The notes below the pieces were generated by a model. It did not search any database. It was not told where the DNA came from and worked only from the letters and a program-made list of their open reading frames with translations. From Bacteroidales bacterium (GTDB lineage: Bacteria; Bacteroidota; Bacteroidia; Bacteroidales; JAEINX01), in the NCBI GenBank assembly GCA_016342645.1, contig JAEINX010000006.1, forward strand, positions 1-62,901: a stretch of DNA of 62,901 bases, in the 5' to 3' direction. Shown one piece after another: positions 28,717 to 39,426 of the stretch (its first letter is position 1; the number at the start of each line of letters is the position of its first letter). Both the position numbers and the translations under genes were made by a program.

Positions 28717-29964
28717 ATGGCAATACTAAAAGCATTTAAGGGACTACGGCCACCAAAAAAAATATCTAAAGACTTAGCATCAAGGCCATATGACGTACTT
28801 AATTCGGAAGAAGCACGTGAAGAAGCAAAAGGTAATGAATACTCTTTGTTGCATATTATTAAACCGGAAATTGACTTACCTGAGGATGTAGATATTCACT
28901 CTCAAGCAGTTTATGATAAAGCAAAAGAAAACTTTGAAAAATTCAAAAACAAAGGATTTCTTGTTCAGGATGAAAATGAGAACTTATACATTTACGCTCA
29001 AACCATGAATGGGAAAACTCAATATGGTATTGTTGGTTGTGCTGCTGTTGATGACTATTTAAATGAAATAATCAAAAAACATGAGCTGACACGTAAAGAC
29101 AAGGAAGAAGATAGAATGAAACATGTTCGCATTACAAACGCAAATATGGAACCTGTTTTCTTTACCTATCCTGCTGTTAAAGAAATTGATAAAATCGTTG
29201 AAGAATTTGTAAAAAATAATGACCCAATTTATGACTTTACTGCTGATGATGGATTTGGCCATCATTTTTGGGTTATAAAGGATAAAGAAATTATTAAAAA
29301 AATTATTGATCATTTTTCAAAAGTTCCTTACACCTATGTTGCAGACGGCCATCATCGTACTGCGGCTGCAGCTTTGGTTGGAAACGAAAAACGAAAAAAC
29401 AATCCAAATCACACAGGAAATGAAGAATATAATTTCTTTTTGGCCGTTCATTTTCCCGATAATCAGCTTACTATAATTGACTACAATAGAGTTGTTACTG
29501 ATTTAAACAATCTTTCAAGCGAGGAATTCACTCAAAAACTTGATAAAGTATTTGAAATAAAAGAAATGGGTACTGAAATTTATAAACCCAATCAGCTTCA
29601 TAACTTCAGTATGTACCTTGACGGAAAATGGTATTCAATGACTGCAAAAGAAGGGACTTATAATGATGATGATCCGATTGGAATACTTGATGTTACAATT
29701 CTTTCAAAATTAATTCTCGACAATATTCTTGGAATTAAAGACCTTAGAACCGACAAACGTGTTGATTTCGTTGGAGGTATCAGGGGTTTGGGAGAATTAA
29801 AACGAAGAGTTGATAAGGGTGAAATGAAAGTTGCTTTTGCTTTATTTCCTGTTTCGATGAAACAATTAATTGATATTGCAGACACAGGGAACATAATGCC
29901 ACCAAAAACAACCTGGTTCGAGCCTAAATTAAGAAGTGGATTGGTTGTTCACAGCCTTGATTAA
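28717..29964 (+). CDS. DUF1015-family protein
   Basis: SRPYDV, IKKHELTR, VADGHHR, MPPKTTWFEPKLRSGL. Confidence 0.9.
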   Translation: MAILKAFKGLRPPKKISKDLASRPYDVLNSEEAREEAKGNEYSLLHIIKPEIDLPEDVDIHSQAVYDKAKENFEKFKNKGFLVQDENENLYIYAQTMNGKTQYGIVGCAAVDDYLNEIIKKHELTRKDKEEDRMKHVRITNANMEPVFFTYPAVKEIDKIVEEFVKNNDPIYDFTADDGFGHHFWVIKDKEIIKKIIDHFSKVPYTYVADGHHRTAAAALVGNEKRKNNPNHTGNEEYNFFLAVHFPDNQLTIIDYNRVVTDLNNLSSEEFTQKLDKVFEIKEMGTEIYKPNQLHNFSMYLDGKWYSMTAKEGTYNDDDPIGILDVTILSKLILDNILGIKDLRTDKRVDFVGGIRGLGELKRRVDKGEMKVAFALFPVSMKQLIDIADTGNIMPPKTTWFEPKLRSGLVVHSLD

Positions 29965-30015
29965 TTAATGAATAGCTTAAATTGTTAAATTATTATATCA
30001 CAACAATATAACAAT

Positions 30016-30948
30016 TTAACTCAATATTTTCTGAAATAACTCTGGTAGTCTTTTAATAAGTACTAATTCTCTCCATTTTTTTCCTGCTTCTATCGCGGGA
30101 ATACCAAAATAGGTTTTGCCTCCTTCAAGAGATTTTCCGACACCTGATGTTGCCAATATTACAGTTCCTTTACCAATTACAAGGTCCTTATCAATACTAA
30201 CTCTCCCCCAAATAATAACATCATCTTCAATTTTTGTAACACCCGCAATTGCTGAATGTGCACCTATCAAACAATTTTTACCAATTACGGTGTCATGGCC
30301 TACCTGAATATGATTGTCTAACTTTGTACCCATACCAATTATAGTATCGCCTGTAACTCCCTTATCGATTGAGGATAAACTTCCAATTTCTACATTATCG
30401 GCAATTACTACCCTGCCGCAGGATTCAAATTTCATATAAGCATCGTTCCTTTTCTGAAAATAAAAAGCATCAGCACCGATAACAGAGTTGGAATGAATAA
30501 TAACATTATCACCGATAATACAGTGATCGTAAATGCTTACGTTTGCATGGATAAGGCAGTTGTTTCCGATTTTTACATTATTACCGACAAAAACGCCAGG
30601 CTGAATTATTGTCCCCTCTCCTATTTCAGCCTTTTTGCTGATAGGATGCTCACATTTTTCAAATTTTCTGAATTTCTTTATTAAAGTTAAGAAGTCAGAA
30701 AACGGATCTTTTGAAATTAATAATGCTTTGCCTTCGGGGCATTCAACTTTCTTATTAATTAATATTATTGTAGCTTTTGAATTTAAAGCTTTATTATAAT
30801 ATTTTGGATGATCAACAAAAGTAATATCTCCGGACTGAACCTTGTGTATTTCATTCAGGCCTGAAACAATGAAATCAGGATCACCAATAAATTCGCAATT
30901 AATAATTTTTGCAACTTCCTTTAATTTTAAAAAAGAATTAAATTCCAT
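30016..30948 (-). CDS. LpxD-like hexapeptide N-acyltransferase (second paralog)
   Basis: GLNEIH, TFVDHPKY, hexapeptide repeats, KLDNHIQVGHD. Confidence 0.85.
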   Translation of the reverse strand: MEFNSFLKLKEVAKIINCEFIGDPDFIVSGLNEIHKVQSGDITFVDHPKYYNKALNSKATIILINKKVECPEGKALLISKDPFSDFLTLIKKFRKFEKCEHPISKKAEIGEGTIIQPGVFVGNNVKIGNNCLIHANVSIYDHCIIGDNVIIHSNSVIGADAFYFQKRNDAYMKFESCGRVVIADNVEIGSLSSIDKGVTGDTIIGMGTKLDNHIQVGHDTVIGKNCLIGAHSAIAGVTKIEDDVIIWGRVSIDKDLVIGKGTVILATSGVGKSLEGGKTYFGIPAIEAGKKWRELVLIKRLPELFQKILS

Positions 30949-30976
30949 TTCAATAGTTTTATGTGCAATAAAAAAA

Positions 30977-31540
30977 TTATTTTACTCTCTCAGAGTACTC
31001 TCCTGAACGTGTGTCAACTTTAATTTTTTCACCTGTATTGATGAACAAAGGAACTTTCACAATAGCACCTGTTTCAACCTTAGCATCTTTAAAAGTATTA
31101 GTTGCCGTATTTCCTCTTTCGCCGGGTTCGGTATAAGTAACTTCGAGGACCACATAAGCCGGCATATCGCATGTTAGGGCTGTTTCTGTATCGGCATGAA
31201 ATAGAATTTCAACATCTTGTCCTTCTTTCAATAAGGCAGGAGCAGAAATTATACCCTCATCAATAAAAGTTTGCTCAAAAGTTTCGGAATTCATAAAATG
31301 GTAGGCCGAACCGTCATTATATAAATACTGATATTTTCGTCTTTCAACTCTTGCAGTTTCAATTTTCACACCTGCAGTAAAAGTATTGGGGATTACTTTT
31401 CCGGTTTTTAAGTTTTTAAGTTTTGTTCGGACAAAGGCAGGCCCTTTTCCGGGTTTAACGTGCTGGAATTCAACAATGGTGTATAACTCTTTATTAAAGA
31501 TAATACATAAACCGTTTTTAAAATCAGAAGTAGAAGCCAT
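30977..31540 (-). CDS. efp: Elongation factor P
   Basis: FQHVKPGKGPAFVRTKLKN, VPLFINTGEKIKVDTR. Confidence 0.97.
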   Translation of the reverse strand: MASTSDFKNGLCIIFNKELYTIVEFQHVKPGKGPAFVRTKLKNLKTGKVIPNTFTAGVKIETARVERRKYQYLYNDGSAYHFMNSETFEQTFIDEGIISAPALLKEGQDVEILFHADTETALTCDMPAYVVLEVTYTEPGERGNTATNTFKDAKVETGAIVKVPLFINTGEKIKVDTRSGEYSERVK

Positions 31541-31605
31541 AAAAAAAATGTTTAATTAATTTTGAAATTTTTGACAAAGATAAATTAAATTTACTAAGTA
31601 GCAAA

Positions 31606-32403
31606 TCAAGCCTGATCGGGTTTAAATCGTGAATATCCCTTCATTATTCCTCTTGCTGATTGTGAAATAAATGTAAGAATTTCATCACGCTCTGCCGTTG
31701 CCGGAACGTCTGCTTCAATTATTGAAACTGCCTGAGAAACATTATAGCCTTTAAGATATATAATTCTATAAATACCTTGAATCTCATTAATTTTTTCGCT
31801 TGAAAAACCTCGCCTTCTTAAACCGATTGAATTAATACCAACATAAGATAAAGGTTCTCGTGCTCCTTTTGTAAACGGGGGCACATCTTTTCTCGCCATA
31901 CCACCTCCAGAAATCATAGCATGAACTCCAATATTTACAAACTGATGAACGGCAGCCAAACCTCCTATTATAGCCCAGTCGTCGATTCTCACATGGCCGG
32001 CAAGGGTTGCAGCATTAGCCAGAATACAATTATTTCCAATTATACAATCATGAGCAACATGAACGTATGCCATTAAAAGACAATTATTTCCAATAATAGT
32101 TTCATAATTTGCTTTTGTACCTCTATTAATTGTAACAAATTCACGAACAGTAACATTATCACCAATTTTCACTAAGGTATCTTCACCTTTAAATTTTAAA
32201 TCCTGAGGAACTGCCGATATTACAGCACCGGGAAAGATTTTACAATTTTTACCGATTCTGGAGCCTTCCATTATTGTAACATTGGAACCTATCCATGTAC
32301 CCTCATCAATTTCAACATTTCTTTCAATATTTACAAAAGGTTCTATTACAACATTTTTTGCTACTTTTGCCTGCGGGTTTACGTATGCTAATGGTTGATT
32401 CAT
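31606..32403 (-). CDS. lpxA: Acyl-ACP--UDP-GlcNAc O-acyltransferase
   Basis: PQDLKF, REFVTINRGT, MAYVHVAHDC, VHQF. Confidence 0.95.
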   Translation of the reverse strand: MNQPLAYVNPQAKVAKNVVIEPFVNIERNVEIDEGTWIGSNVTIMEGSRIGKNCKIFPGAVISAVPQDLKFKGEDTLVKIGDNVTVREFVTINRGTKANYETIIGNNCLLMAYVHVAHDCIIGNNCILANAATLAGHVRIDDWAIIGGLAAVHQFVNIGVHAMISGGGMARKDVPPFTKGAREPLSYVGINSIGLRRRGFSSEKINEIQGIYRIIYLKGYNVSQAVSIIEADVPATAERDEILTFISQSARGIMKGYSRFKPDQA

Positions 32404-32454
32404 CTATTTTTTTATAAGGATTGCTAACACAAAAAGTTAACAATGGTTAAACAT

Positions 32455-33858
32455 TTATTTTTTAACTATTTGTGCCATCATTTCAGCTTCCATAACAATA
32501 GTTTCTCCAACAGAAGCAACACCTTTCATGTGACAAATACCCCTTCTAATCGGAGAAATTAGTTTCAATTCAAATATTATTGTATCTCCGGGAACAACTT
32601 TTTGCCGAAATCTTACATTATTGATTTTCAGAAAGAGAGTCAAATAATTTTCCGGATCCGGAACATTACTCAATAATAATATTCCGCCGGTTTGAGCCAT
32701 AGCTTCTATTTGAAGAACTCCCGGCATAATTGGTTCATCTGGAAAATGTCCAACGAAATAGTGTTCATTCATGCTTACGTTTTTCAATCCAACCACATAT
32801 TCATCTCCCATTTCCAATATTTTATCAATTAAAAGAAATGGTGGCCGATGTGGAAGGATTTTCATTATTTGATTGATGTCATACAAAGGAGTTTTGTTTA
32901 AATCAAATTGACGAACTTTAGTCATTTTCTTTTTTTTAATATTGTTATTATTATGTTGTTTTTTAATCAGTTTAGCAAATTCAATATTTGAATAATGACC
33001 GGGCTTTTTTGCATAAATTTTACCCTTTATCGGCTTACCTGCCAAAACAAGATCGCCGACTACGTCTAATAATTTATGCCTCGCCGGTTCATTATCAAAA
33101 TGAAGATCGAGATTATTTAAAATTCCTTCATCACAAATCTTTACTTTTGGTTTTTGAAACAAGTCAGCCAAACGGTCCAATTCCAACTGAGAAACTTTTC
33201 GATTCACAAAAACAATGGCATTATTCAAATCTCCACCTTTAATCAAATTATTATTAAGAAGATATTCAAGCTCATGTAAAAAAACAAAGGTTCTGCATTT
33301 TGCGATTTCTTTTTCAAATTCGTCTAAGCCATTTAAGAATGCGTTTTGTTTTTTTAAAACTTTTGATCCGTAATCAATATCGACTTCAAGGCTAAAAGAA
33401 TCATGTGGAATGGCAACTAATTCGATATCATTCTTTTCATCATAATATCGAATTTCCGAATCAATATGAATAAATTCTCTTTCGGCATCTTGTTCAACGA
33501 CTACAGCTTTTTTTAGTGCTTCGACGAAATGCTTGGAACTACCATCCATTATTGGAGTTTCTATTTGATTGATTTCTATAATTATATTATCAATTCCAAA
33601 ACTTGAAACAGCAGCCAAGACATGCTCAACAGTATTAATGAGTACGTTATTTTTTCCGATTGTTGTCCCCCTTGAGGTGTCAACAACATTTTCAACTATT
33701 GCTTCTATCTCCGGCTTTCCTTTAATGTCTATTCTGTAAAATTTAATTCCTGAGTTTACATCAGCAGCTTTGAAGGTCAATGTACCGTATTCCCCTGTAT
33801 GCAGCCCCGAACCGGAGATTGAAACTTCATTTTTTATTGTTTTCTGCTTTTCTATCAT
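32455..33858 (-). CDS. lpxC-fabZ: Bifunctional LpxC/FabZ
   Basis: GSGLHTG, TVEHVLAA, PIMDGS, RHKLLD; C-terminal LPHRPPFLLIDK and FVGHFP...MPGVLQIEAMAQ. Confidence 0.95.
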   Translation of the reverse strand: MIEKQKTIKNEVSISGSGLHTGEYGTLTFKAADVNSGIKFYRIDIKGKPEIEAIVENVVDTSRGTTIGKNNVLINTVEHVLAAVSSFGIDNIIIEINQIETPIMDGSSKHFVEALKKAVVVEQDAEREFIHIDSEIRYYDEKNDIELVAIPHDSFSLEVDIDYGSKVLKKQNAFLNGLDEFEKEIAKCRTFVFLHELEYLLNNNLIKGGDLNNAIVFVNRKVSQLELDRLADLFQKPKVKICDEGILNNLDLHFDNEPARHKLLDVVGDLVLAGKPIKGKIYAKKPGHYSNIEFAKLIKKQHNNNNIKKKKMTKVRQFDLNKTPLYDINQIMKILPHRPPFLLIDKILEMGDEYVVGLKNVSMNEHYFVGHFPDEPIMPGVLQIEAMAQTGGILLLSNVPDPENYLTLFLKINNVRFRQKVVPGDTIIFELKLISPIRRGICHMKGVASVGETIVMEAEMMAQIVKK

Positions 33859-33921
33859 AGAATTGCTTACAAAATTAATACATTTATAAAAACCGCTGCA
33901 AATTTAAAAAATTTGATGAAA

Positions 33922-36249
33922 CTAAAACTTATAAATAATTTGTCCGCTTATGTATCTTCCGGGACAACGTTGAAAGCGATTGTTTATATAAATTTTATCG
34001 AAAATATTATTAAGATTTACAACTACCGAGAAGCCGGTATAAAATTCATGCTTTAGTTTAGCATTACAAATAACATATGCCGAAAATTTATCGGTATGCA
34101 AATATTCATCATCAACTTCATTCAAATCGTTAATCCATCTTGAGCCAATATATTTAGCTGACAAACTTATATTCGCAATTCTATTCTTCCAAATTAAGCC
34201 GGCAGCAAGTTTGTGGTTTGGAATATTAGTCAAGTATTTATTGTTAAGGTCTTCGTCGGCTTCCGAATCTTTAGTTTTAAATTTTTTAATTTGCGAAATA
34301 TTATATGTGTAATTCAAATATCCGGCAAATGATTCATTCAATTGATATTCCAAATCGGTTTCCAATCCGTAAATGTGCACTTTGCTTATGTTATCAATTA
34401 TATAAATGGGTGATATTTTATAACCCATATTTACCGAATCACCGGTGCTGATAATATACATAAAATCTTTTCCTATAGAATAATAGGCAGATTGTTTTAT
34501 CGTTAAATTTTTAAAAATTGAATAATCAACTCCTATCTCAAAATTATCAACTGTTTCCGGTTTTAGCTCTGGATTTGAAAGCCTAAAGCTGTTTCTTTTC
34601 TTTGAAGTCCGGCACATATCGTCAAGCAAGGGAGCTTTAAAACCTTTTCCATAAGAAAAATAAACTCTTGTTTGGTCGTTAAACCATTTTTGTATAGATA
34701 GTTTCGGGCTAATTGAATTCCAAAAATGAGGATTAATTACCGTATCCTGAAAATCGGTCATAAATTCTATCGAATATGAAGGATATTTCACTGAAAATAA
34801 GCCGTCATTAAAATCAGCAAAATCCAATCTTAAACCAATATTAATTTGAATGTTTTTTGATTTAAAATCAATTTCGTCCTGGAAATATAGTGCGTAAATA
34901 TTCATTTTCCCGGCATTACTAATTAAATCAGTCGAAGTATAATAAGTGTCGGTTGCATCAACGCTGCCGTGTTTATACATTATTCCTGAAGAAAATGTGT
35001 GTTTGTTTTTTGTTAAAGTAAAATCAAGGTTTGCACCCAATTCATGCCTTTTTGAATCAACATCATACAAAAGATACTCCCCCTCTTTCATATATTCATA
35101 AATCCTTTGATAGTGTTCATCAAGCATAAAGAAATCGGATTTCAGATTAAAATTTTTATTCTTATATTTATATTTTAATACTGAAAACCAAGTGTCGTGC
35201 TCGGAGAAAGCACCATAATCGTCAAAAACTTTTATTCCGTTTCCTCTTTTATCGTCAAAGAAATTTGCAAAAAATTCTATGCTGTGTTTTTCATTAAATA
35301 AATATGCGAGCTTAAGGCTTGAACCCACTTCATCAAGAAACACAGGAACAATAATACTATCGTTAACTTCAATGTATTCATCAAGTTCAGTGATATAACC
35401 ATCGCTTTTCTTTGCCGAGCCCATAATATTCCAATAAAAACTGTCTCCGTTTTTAGAATTTACAATTCCCGACAAATTCATGCTTCCTGAAAAAGTATTA
35501 TAAGTACCGTAACTCGTTTTTATATTGCCAGAAAATTTCTTAATCGGTTTTTTTGTAATCACATTAATTACGCCGCCCATTGCATTGCTGCCATATTTAG
35601 CCGAGCCCGGGCCTTTAATAATTTTTATGGCTTCAATGTTTTCATTATTAATAAGATTCCAATTCACAGAACCGCCATCAGATTTATTTAAAGGAATATC
35701 ATCAATCAATACAAGTGTTCTTGATTGATCGGTTCCACTTAATCCACGTAAGGACACAACAGCATGACTCGAAAAAATCCCAAGAGTATTATCAACGTTT
35801 ACTCCTGAAATATTACTTAGAATATCGGCCATATTTTGCTCCGAACTATTTTCAATTTTTTCAACAGGAATAACCTTTATGCGTGAAGGGATTTTTTTTA
35901 CGTATTCATATTTATCAGCAATAATTGTTACATCATCTAAGGTGAGATTTTTTTTGTTCAATTTTATTTTAAGAAATAGATTTTCGCCATTAACCTCAAG
36001 ATCAATTCTCTCAGGCAAATATCCCAGATGAGAAATTTTCAGAGTATATTTTCCATCATTAAATTCATCAATTGAAAACTCGCCATTTTCATTTGTTGAG
36101 CTTCCCTTTTTCAACTCTACAATAAAAACATTCGCACCACTGAGTGATGTTTCTGTTTTATCTGATACAACTCCTGAAATTTTACAAGAGTTTTGCGTAA
36201 CAGCAAATAGAGGAAAAAATAAAAACAGCAGAAATAAGTTTCTGATCAA
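33922..36249 (-). CDS. TonB-dependent outer-membrane receptor
   Basis: N-terminal carboxypeptidase-regulatory-like domain; plug motif KGPGSAKYGSNAMGGVINVIT; NPELKPE; C-terminal YKF. Confidence 0.9.
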   Translation of the reverse strand: MIRNLFLLFLFFPLFAVTQNSCKISGVVSDKTETSLSGANVFIVELKKGSSTNENGEFSIDEFNDGKYTLKISHLGYLPERIDLEVNGENLFLKIKLNKKNLTLDDVTIIADKYEYVKKIPSRIKVIPVEKIENSSEQNMADILSNISGVNVDNTLGIFSSHAVVSLRGLSGTDQSRTLVLIDDIPLNKSDGGSVNWNLINNENIEAIKIIKGPGSAKYGSNAMGGVINVITKKPIKKFSGNIKTSYGTYNTFSGSMNLSGIVNSKNGDSFYWNIMGSAKKSDGYITELDEYIEVNDSIIVPVFLDEVGSSLKLAYLFNEKHSIEFFANFFDDKRGNGIKVFDDYGAFSEHDTWFSVLKYKYKNKNFNLKSDFFMLDEHYQRIYEYMKEGEYLLYDVDSKRHELGANLDFTLTKNKHTFSSGIMYKHGSVDATDTYYTSTDLISNAGKMNIYALYFQDEIDFKSKNIQINIGLRLDFADFNDGLFSVKYPSYSIEFMTDFQDTVINPHFWNSISPKLSIQKWFNDQTRVYFSYGKGFKAPLLDDMCRTSKKRNSFRLSNPELKPETVDNFEIGVDYSIFKNLTIKQSAYYSIGKDFMYIISTGDSVNMGYKISPIYIIDNISKVHIYGLETDLEYQLNESFAGYLNYTYNISQIKKFKTKDSEADEDLNNKYLTNIPNHKLAAGLIWKNRIANISLSAKYIGSRWINDLNEVDDEYLHTDKFSAYVICNAKLKHEFYTGFSVVVNLNNIFDKIYINNRFQRCPGRYISGQIIYKF

Positions 36250-37130
36250 TTTACAATTAGCTTACTAATGTGAATTGAATCAAAACCTATCAATTTTGTG
36301 CGGATCATATAATTCCCAGGTGCCAAATCATCTGTATAAATTTTTGTATAATCATCAACTTTATTAATCTGTTTCACTAATTTCCCCTGCATATTATGAA
36401 TTGATATTGATTGAATTTCGTTCGTGCTTTCAATATTAACAAAATCATGAGCGGGGTTTGGATAGATTTTCAAATTGTTGGAATAAAGAATATCATCAAC
36501 TCCTGAATTTGAAGTTCCCAATAAAATCACATCGTCAATTTTAGAAATACCATCGGTAAGAACAGGCTCTCCCGAAGTACTTATGTCAGAAATCATAATC
36601 CATCTAATATACATTGATGACGATCCCGGATTGTTAAATTCGGCAGGTAAAGGCAATTCATTAACAACTCCACTTGTCCAATTATTTGAACAAATAACTG
36701 TCCCTCCCTGAATATCAACCCAGTCTTCACCACTAAAACGACATTGTAATTTCCAATCACGTGGGCCGGGATTAGTTTCATCCGAAAATTGTTTTGATGA
36801 AATTCTTAGATTTGTGTAACCTTCGGCTTTGAATTTAATAGACCATAATTTTGCGTTTGCACCGTTTTCCCAACCATCTACCGTTCCGGCATAATCACCT
36901 AAACCACCAACTCCTTCAGTCATTGAAATATGGCGAAGAACAGTATTAGGCCAAGCAACAGTATCTTCTGCAGATATATATCTGCCTGAATTTGACGATA
37001 ATCCTGCATTTGGATAAATATCGGTAGTATCAACTCCTGTTGGAAATGTATATGCAGTTATTGTGTCGTTCTGTGCATATAATCCGGTGCTTAACAAAGC
37101 ACAAAAAATAATTAGTAAATGTTTATTCAT
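36246..37130 (-). CDS. T9SS type A CTD secreted protein
   Basis: Signal peptide; CTD IYPNPA...GNYMI...KLIVN; stop overlaps the receptor start. Confidence 0.85.
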   Translation of the reverse strand: MNKHLLIIFCALLSTGLYAQNDTITAYTFPTGVDTTDIYPNAGLSSNSGRYISAEDTVAWPNTVLRHISMTEGVGGLGDYAGTVDGWENGANAKLWSIKFKAEGYTNLRISSKQFSDETNPGPRDWKLQCRFSGEDWVDIQGGTVICSNNWTSGVVNELPLPAEFNNPGSSSMYIRWIMISDISTSGEPVLTDGISKIDDVILLGTSNSGVDDILYSNNLKIYPNPAHDFVNIESTNEIQSISIHNMQGKLVKQINKVDDYTKIYTDDLAPGNYMIRTKLIGFDSIHISKLIVN

Positions 37131-37163
37131 AAATTTAAATTTTAGATTATTATTAAAACTGTA

Positions 37164-38090
37164 TTAAAATTGCATTTTTATTGAAAATTCCATTGAGCCG
37201 GCCTCAAATTCGTCGGCGCGAATAACTCTTAAAAGCCCCTTTTTCCCATTTATAGTTTGAAACGGAATAACCTTCCCAGCCGTTGCCCATTTGAATTTCT
37301 TTTTACCCCAGACTTCATTGAAACTTACAATTATCAAACTGTCGTTCTGGCAGTTATTATAATCGTTTGCCGAAATAGGTTCCGTATCAACACTAATATC
37401 CCATAATGTAAAATTTCTTGTTGTCCAGTAGGGGATTGAGGGATAAAATCCTGAGGCTTCCAAACTGAAATTATCATACTCGCCTGATGAGGACAAAACC
37501 GGTGAAGGAAGATTCTCATCTTCTATATAATATGTCAATATCTCAATATCCGATTGCAATATTTTTGCCGAATCCTCAAAATATGTATGACCGTTTTTTA
37601 AATTCAAAAATTGTCCGAACTCCGTATTGTTTTGATATCCCATTGTGATCGAAGGATAATATATAATCCCTCCAAACTCTGAGTTCGGGTCTTTATAAAC
37701 TGTCATTGAAATTTCGGAACTTAGCCTGTTTTTATCCATAACTACACATGTCCACTCAACTACTTCTTCAACATTTTGGTAAAACACTTTTTCAATATCA
37801 AGCGACATTGAATACATGCCCGTATCCATCACAACCTTATAACTATTATCGGGAAACACTTTTTTTATCACAAAATTAGTTATCTCAGTATCCGAACCTC
37901 TGGCCTGAATACCAAACAACAAAGCCCCGCCAGTTTTTACAGTATCATTATTATGAACAAATTTTTCATTGGTTTTGAAATTTATTGCCGGAGGCATTTT
38001 TTCGTCTTTGTCCTTTTCGCACGAAAAAAAAGTAATTAATACGAAAACAAAAATAATTAGTTTTGAAAATCGGGTAGAGAATAAATACAT
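37164..38090 (-). CDS. Hypothetical surface lipoprotein
   Basis: Lipobox FFSC followed by a charged stretch (EKDKDEK); C-terminal FQTINGKKGLLRV. Confidence 0.75.
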   Translation of the reverse strand: MYLFSTRFSKLIIFVFVLITFFSCEKDKDEKMPPAINFKTNEKFVHNNDTVKTGGALLFGIQARGSDTEITNFVIKKVFPDNSYKVVMDTGMYSMSLDIEKVFYQNVEEVVEWTCVVMDKNRLSSEISMTVYKDPNSEFGGIIYYPSITMGYQNNTEFGQFLNLKNGHTYFEDSAKILQSDIEILTYYIEDENLPSPVLSSSGEYDNFSLEASGFYPSIPYWTTRNFTLWDISVDTEPISANDYNNCQNDSLIIVSFNEVWGKKKFKWATAGKVIPFQTINGKKGLLRVIRADEFEAGSMEFSIKMQF

Positions 38091-38171
38091 ATTTTATAGT
38101 TTTATTTTTCGAGTTTTTAATTTATTTTATTAATAAATTCTAAAACTCATTTATAAAAAAAATAAATTTAT

Positions 38172-38206
38172 CGATATGCAAAAGAATGCATATCGTTGCA
38201 AAATTA
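38172..38206 (-). promoter_or_regulatory. -7 promoter box (TAATTTTG on the minus strand) adjoining the palindrome CGATATGCA-N6-TGCATATCG
   Basis: caaaatta at 38199-38206; inverted repeat 38172-38180 / 38187-38195. Confidence 0.55.
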
Positions 38207-38374
38207 TTATTATTTTTTTAAAACAAAACCTTTTTTTAAATTAAATTCACTAAAAATTTCATGGAACTTTTAAAAGAAATGTTTTGTAAAAACTATTATG
38301 AAAAAGTCTATAAAATATGTTTAAGCAGAGAAATTTAAAATTTTTCTTTTTGTAAAAAATATTTGAGATTAGAA

Positions 38375-39397
38375 TTACGAATGTTTCTTCTCAAGTTCAT
38401 TGATTCTATCGACAATATTATTTAAATTTCTGAAATGTATATAAGAATGCATATATTTTTTGACTTCAAAAGCAGGTGAGCCTTGGACGATGCTTCCCTT
38501 TTTCAGAATATTTTTAGATAAGCCCGATTGAGCGGCAATTTTAACTTCGTCGGCGATAATCAAATGCCCGATTATTCCCACTTGTCCACCGATCATGCAA
38601 TTCTTCCCAATTTTTGTTGAACCGGAAATACCAGTTTGTGATGCAATAACTGTGTTCTCTCCAATTTCAACATTATGAGCGATCTGAATCAAATTGTCAA
38701 GCTTAACTCCTTTTCTGATAATTGTTGAGCCTAAAGTTGCTCTGTCGATTGTTGTATTTGAACCAATCTCAACATTATCTTCAACCAGAACATTACCGAT
38801 TTGAGCAATTTTTTTATAATTATTATTACTTTGGGGAGCAAATCCAAAACCATCGCTACCAATTACAACACCGGCATGAATTGTGCAGTTTTTTCCGATT
38901 TCACATTCCGAATAAATTTTTATTCCTGCAAATAGCATTGAATTTTCACCAATTTTCACATTGTCACCAATATATGTTTGAGGATAAATTTTTGCATTTT
39001 CACTAATGACAACATTCTCGCCAATGACAACGAAATCTCCAATATAAACATTTTTTCCAATTTTAGCAGAATCGGGAATGGAAGCCATTTTTGATATCCC
39101 TGTTTTATTCAATTTTATTTGATTATAAAAATCAAGTAACTGAGCAAATGCCGAATATGGATCATCAACTTTAATTAAAGTCGTAGAAATAGGTTTTTCT
39201 GGAGTAAAATTCTTTGCAACAATAACTGCCGAAGCATTTGTTGAATAAATGAATTTCTTATATTTTGGATTAGCCAAAAAACTTAATGAGCCTTCCTCCC
39301 CTTCCTCGATTTTCGAAAGTTTATTTAAGTTTACATCTTGGTTTCCTTCAACTTCGCCTTTTAATATTTCAGCAATTTTTTGAGCCGTAAATTCCAT
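38375..39397 (-). CDS. lpxD: UDP-3-O-acyl-glucosamine N-acyltransferase
   Basis: LSFLANPKY, GSDGFGFAP, TIDRATLG, KLDNLIQIAHNV. Confidence 0.95.
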   Translation of the reverse strand: MEFTAQKIAEILKGEVEGNQDVNLNKLSKIEEGEEGSLSFLANPKYKKFIYSTNASAVIVAKNFTPEKPISTTLIKVDDPYSAFAQLLDFYNQIKLNKTGISKMASIPDSAKIGKNVYIGDFVVIGENVVISENAKIYPQTYIGDNVKIGENSMLFAGIKIYSECEIGKNCTIHAGVVIGSDGFGFAPQSNNNYKKIAQIGNVLVEDNVEIGSNTTIDRATLGSTIIRKGVKLDNLIQIAHNVEIGENTVIASQTGISGSTKIGKNCMIGGQVGIIGHLIIADEVKIAAQSGLSKNILKKGSIVQGSPAFEVKKYMHSYIHFRNLNNIVDRINELEKKHS

Positions 39398-39426
39398 GCT
39401 TTCCGATTAAATTATTTCTGCAATTT

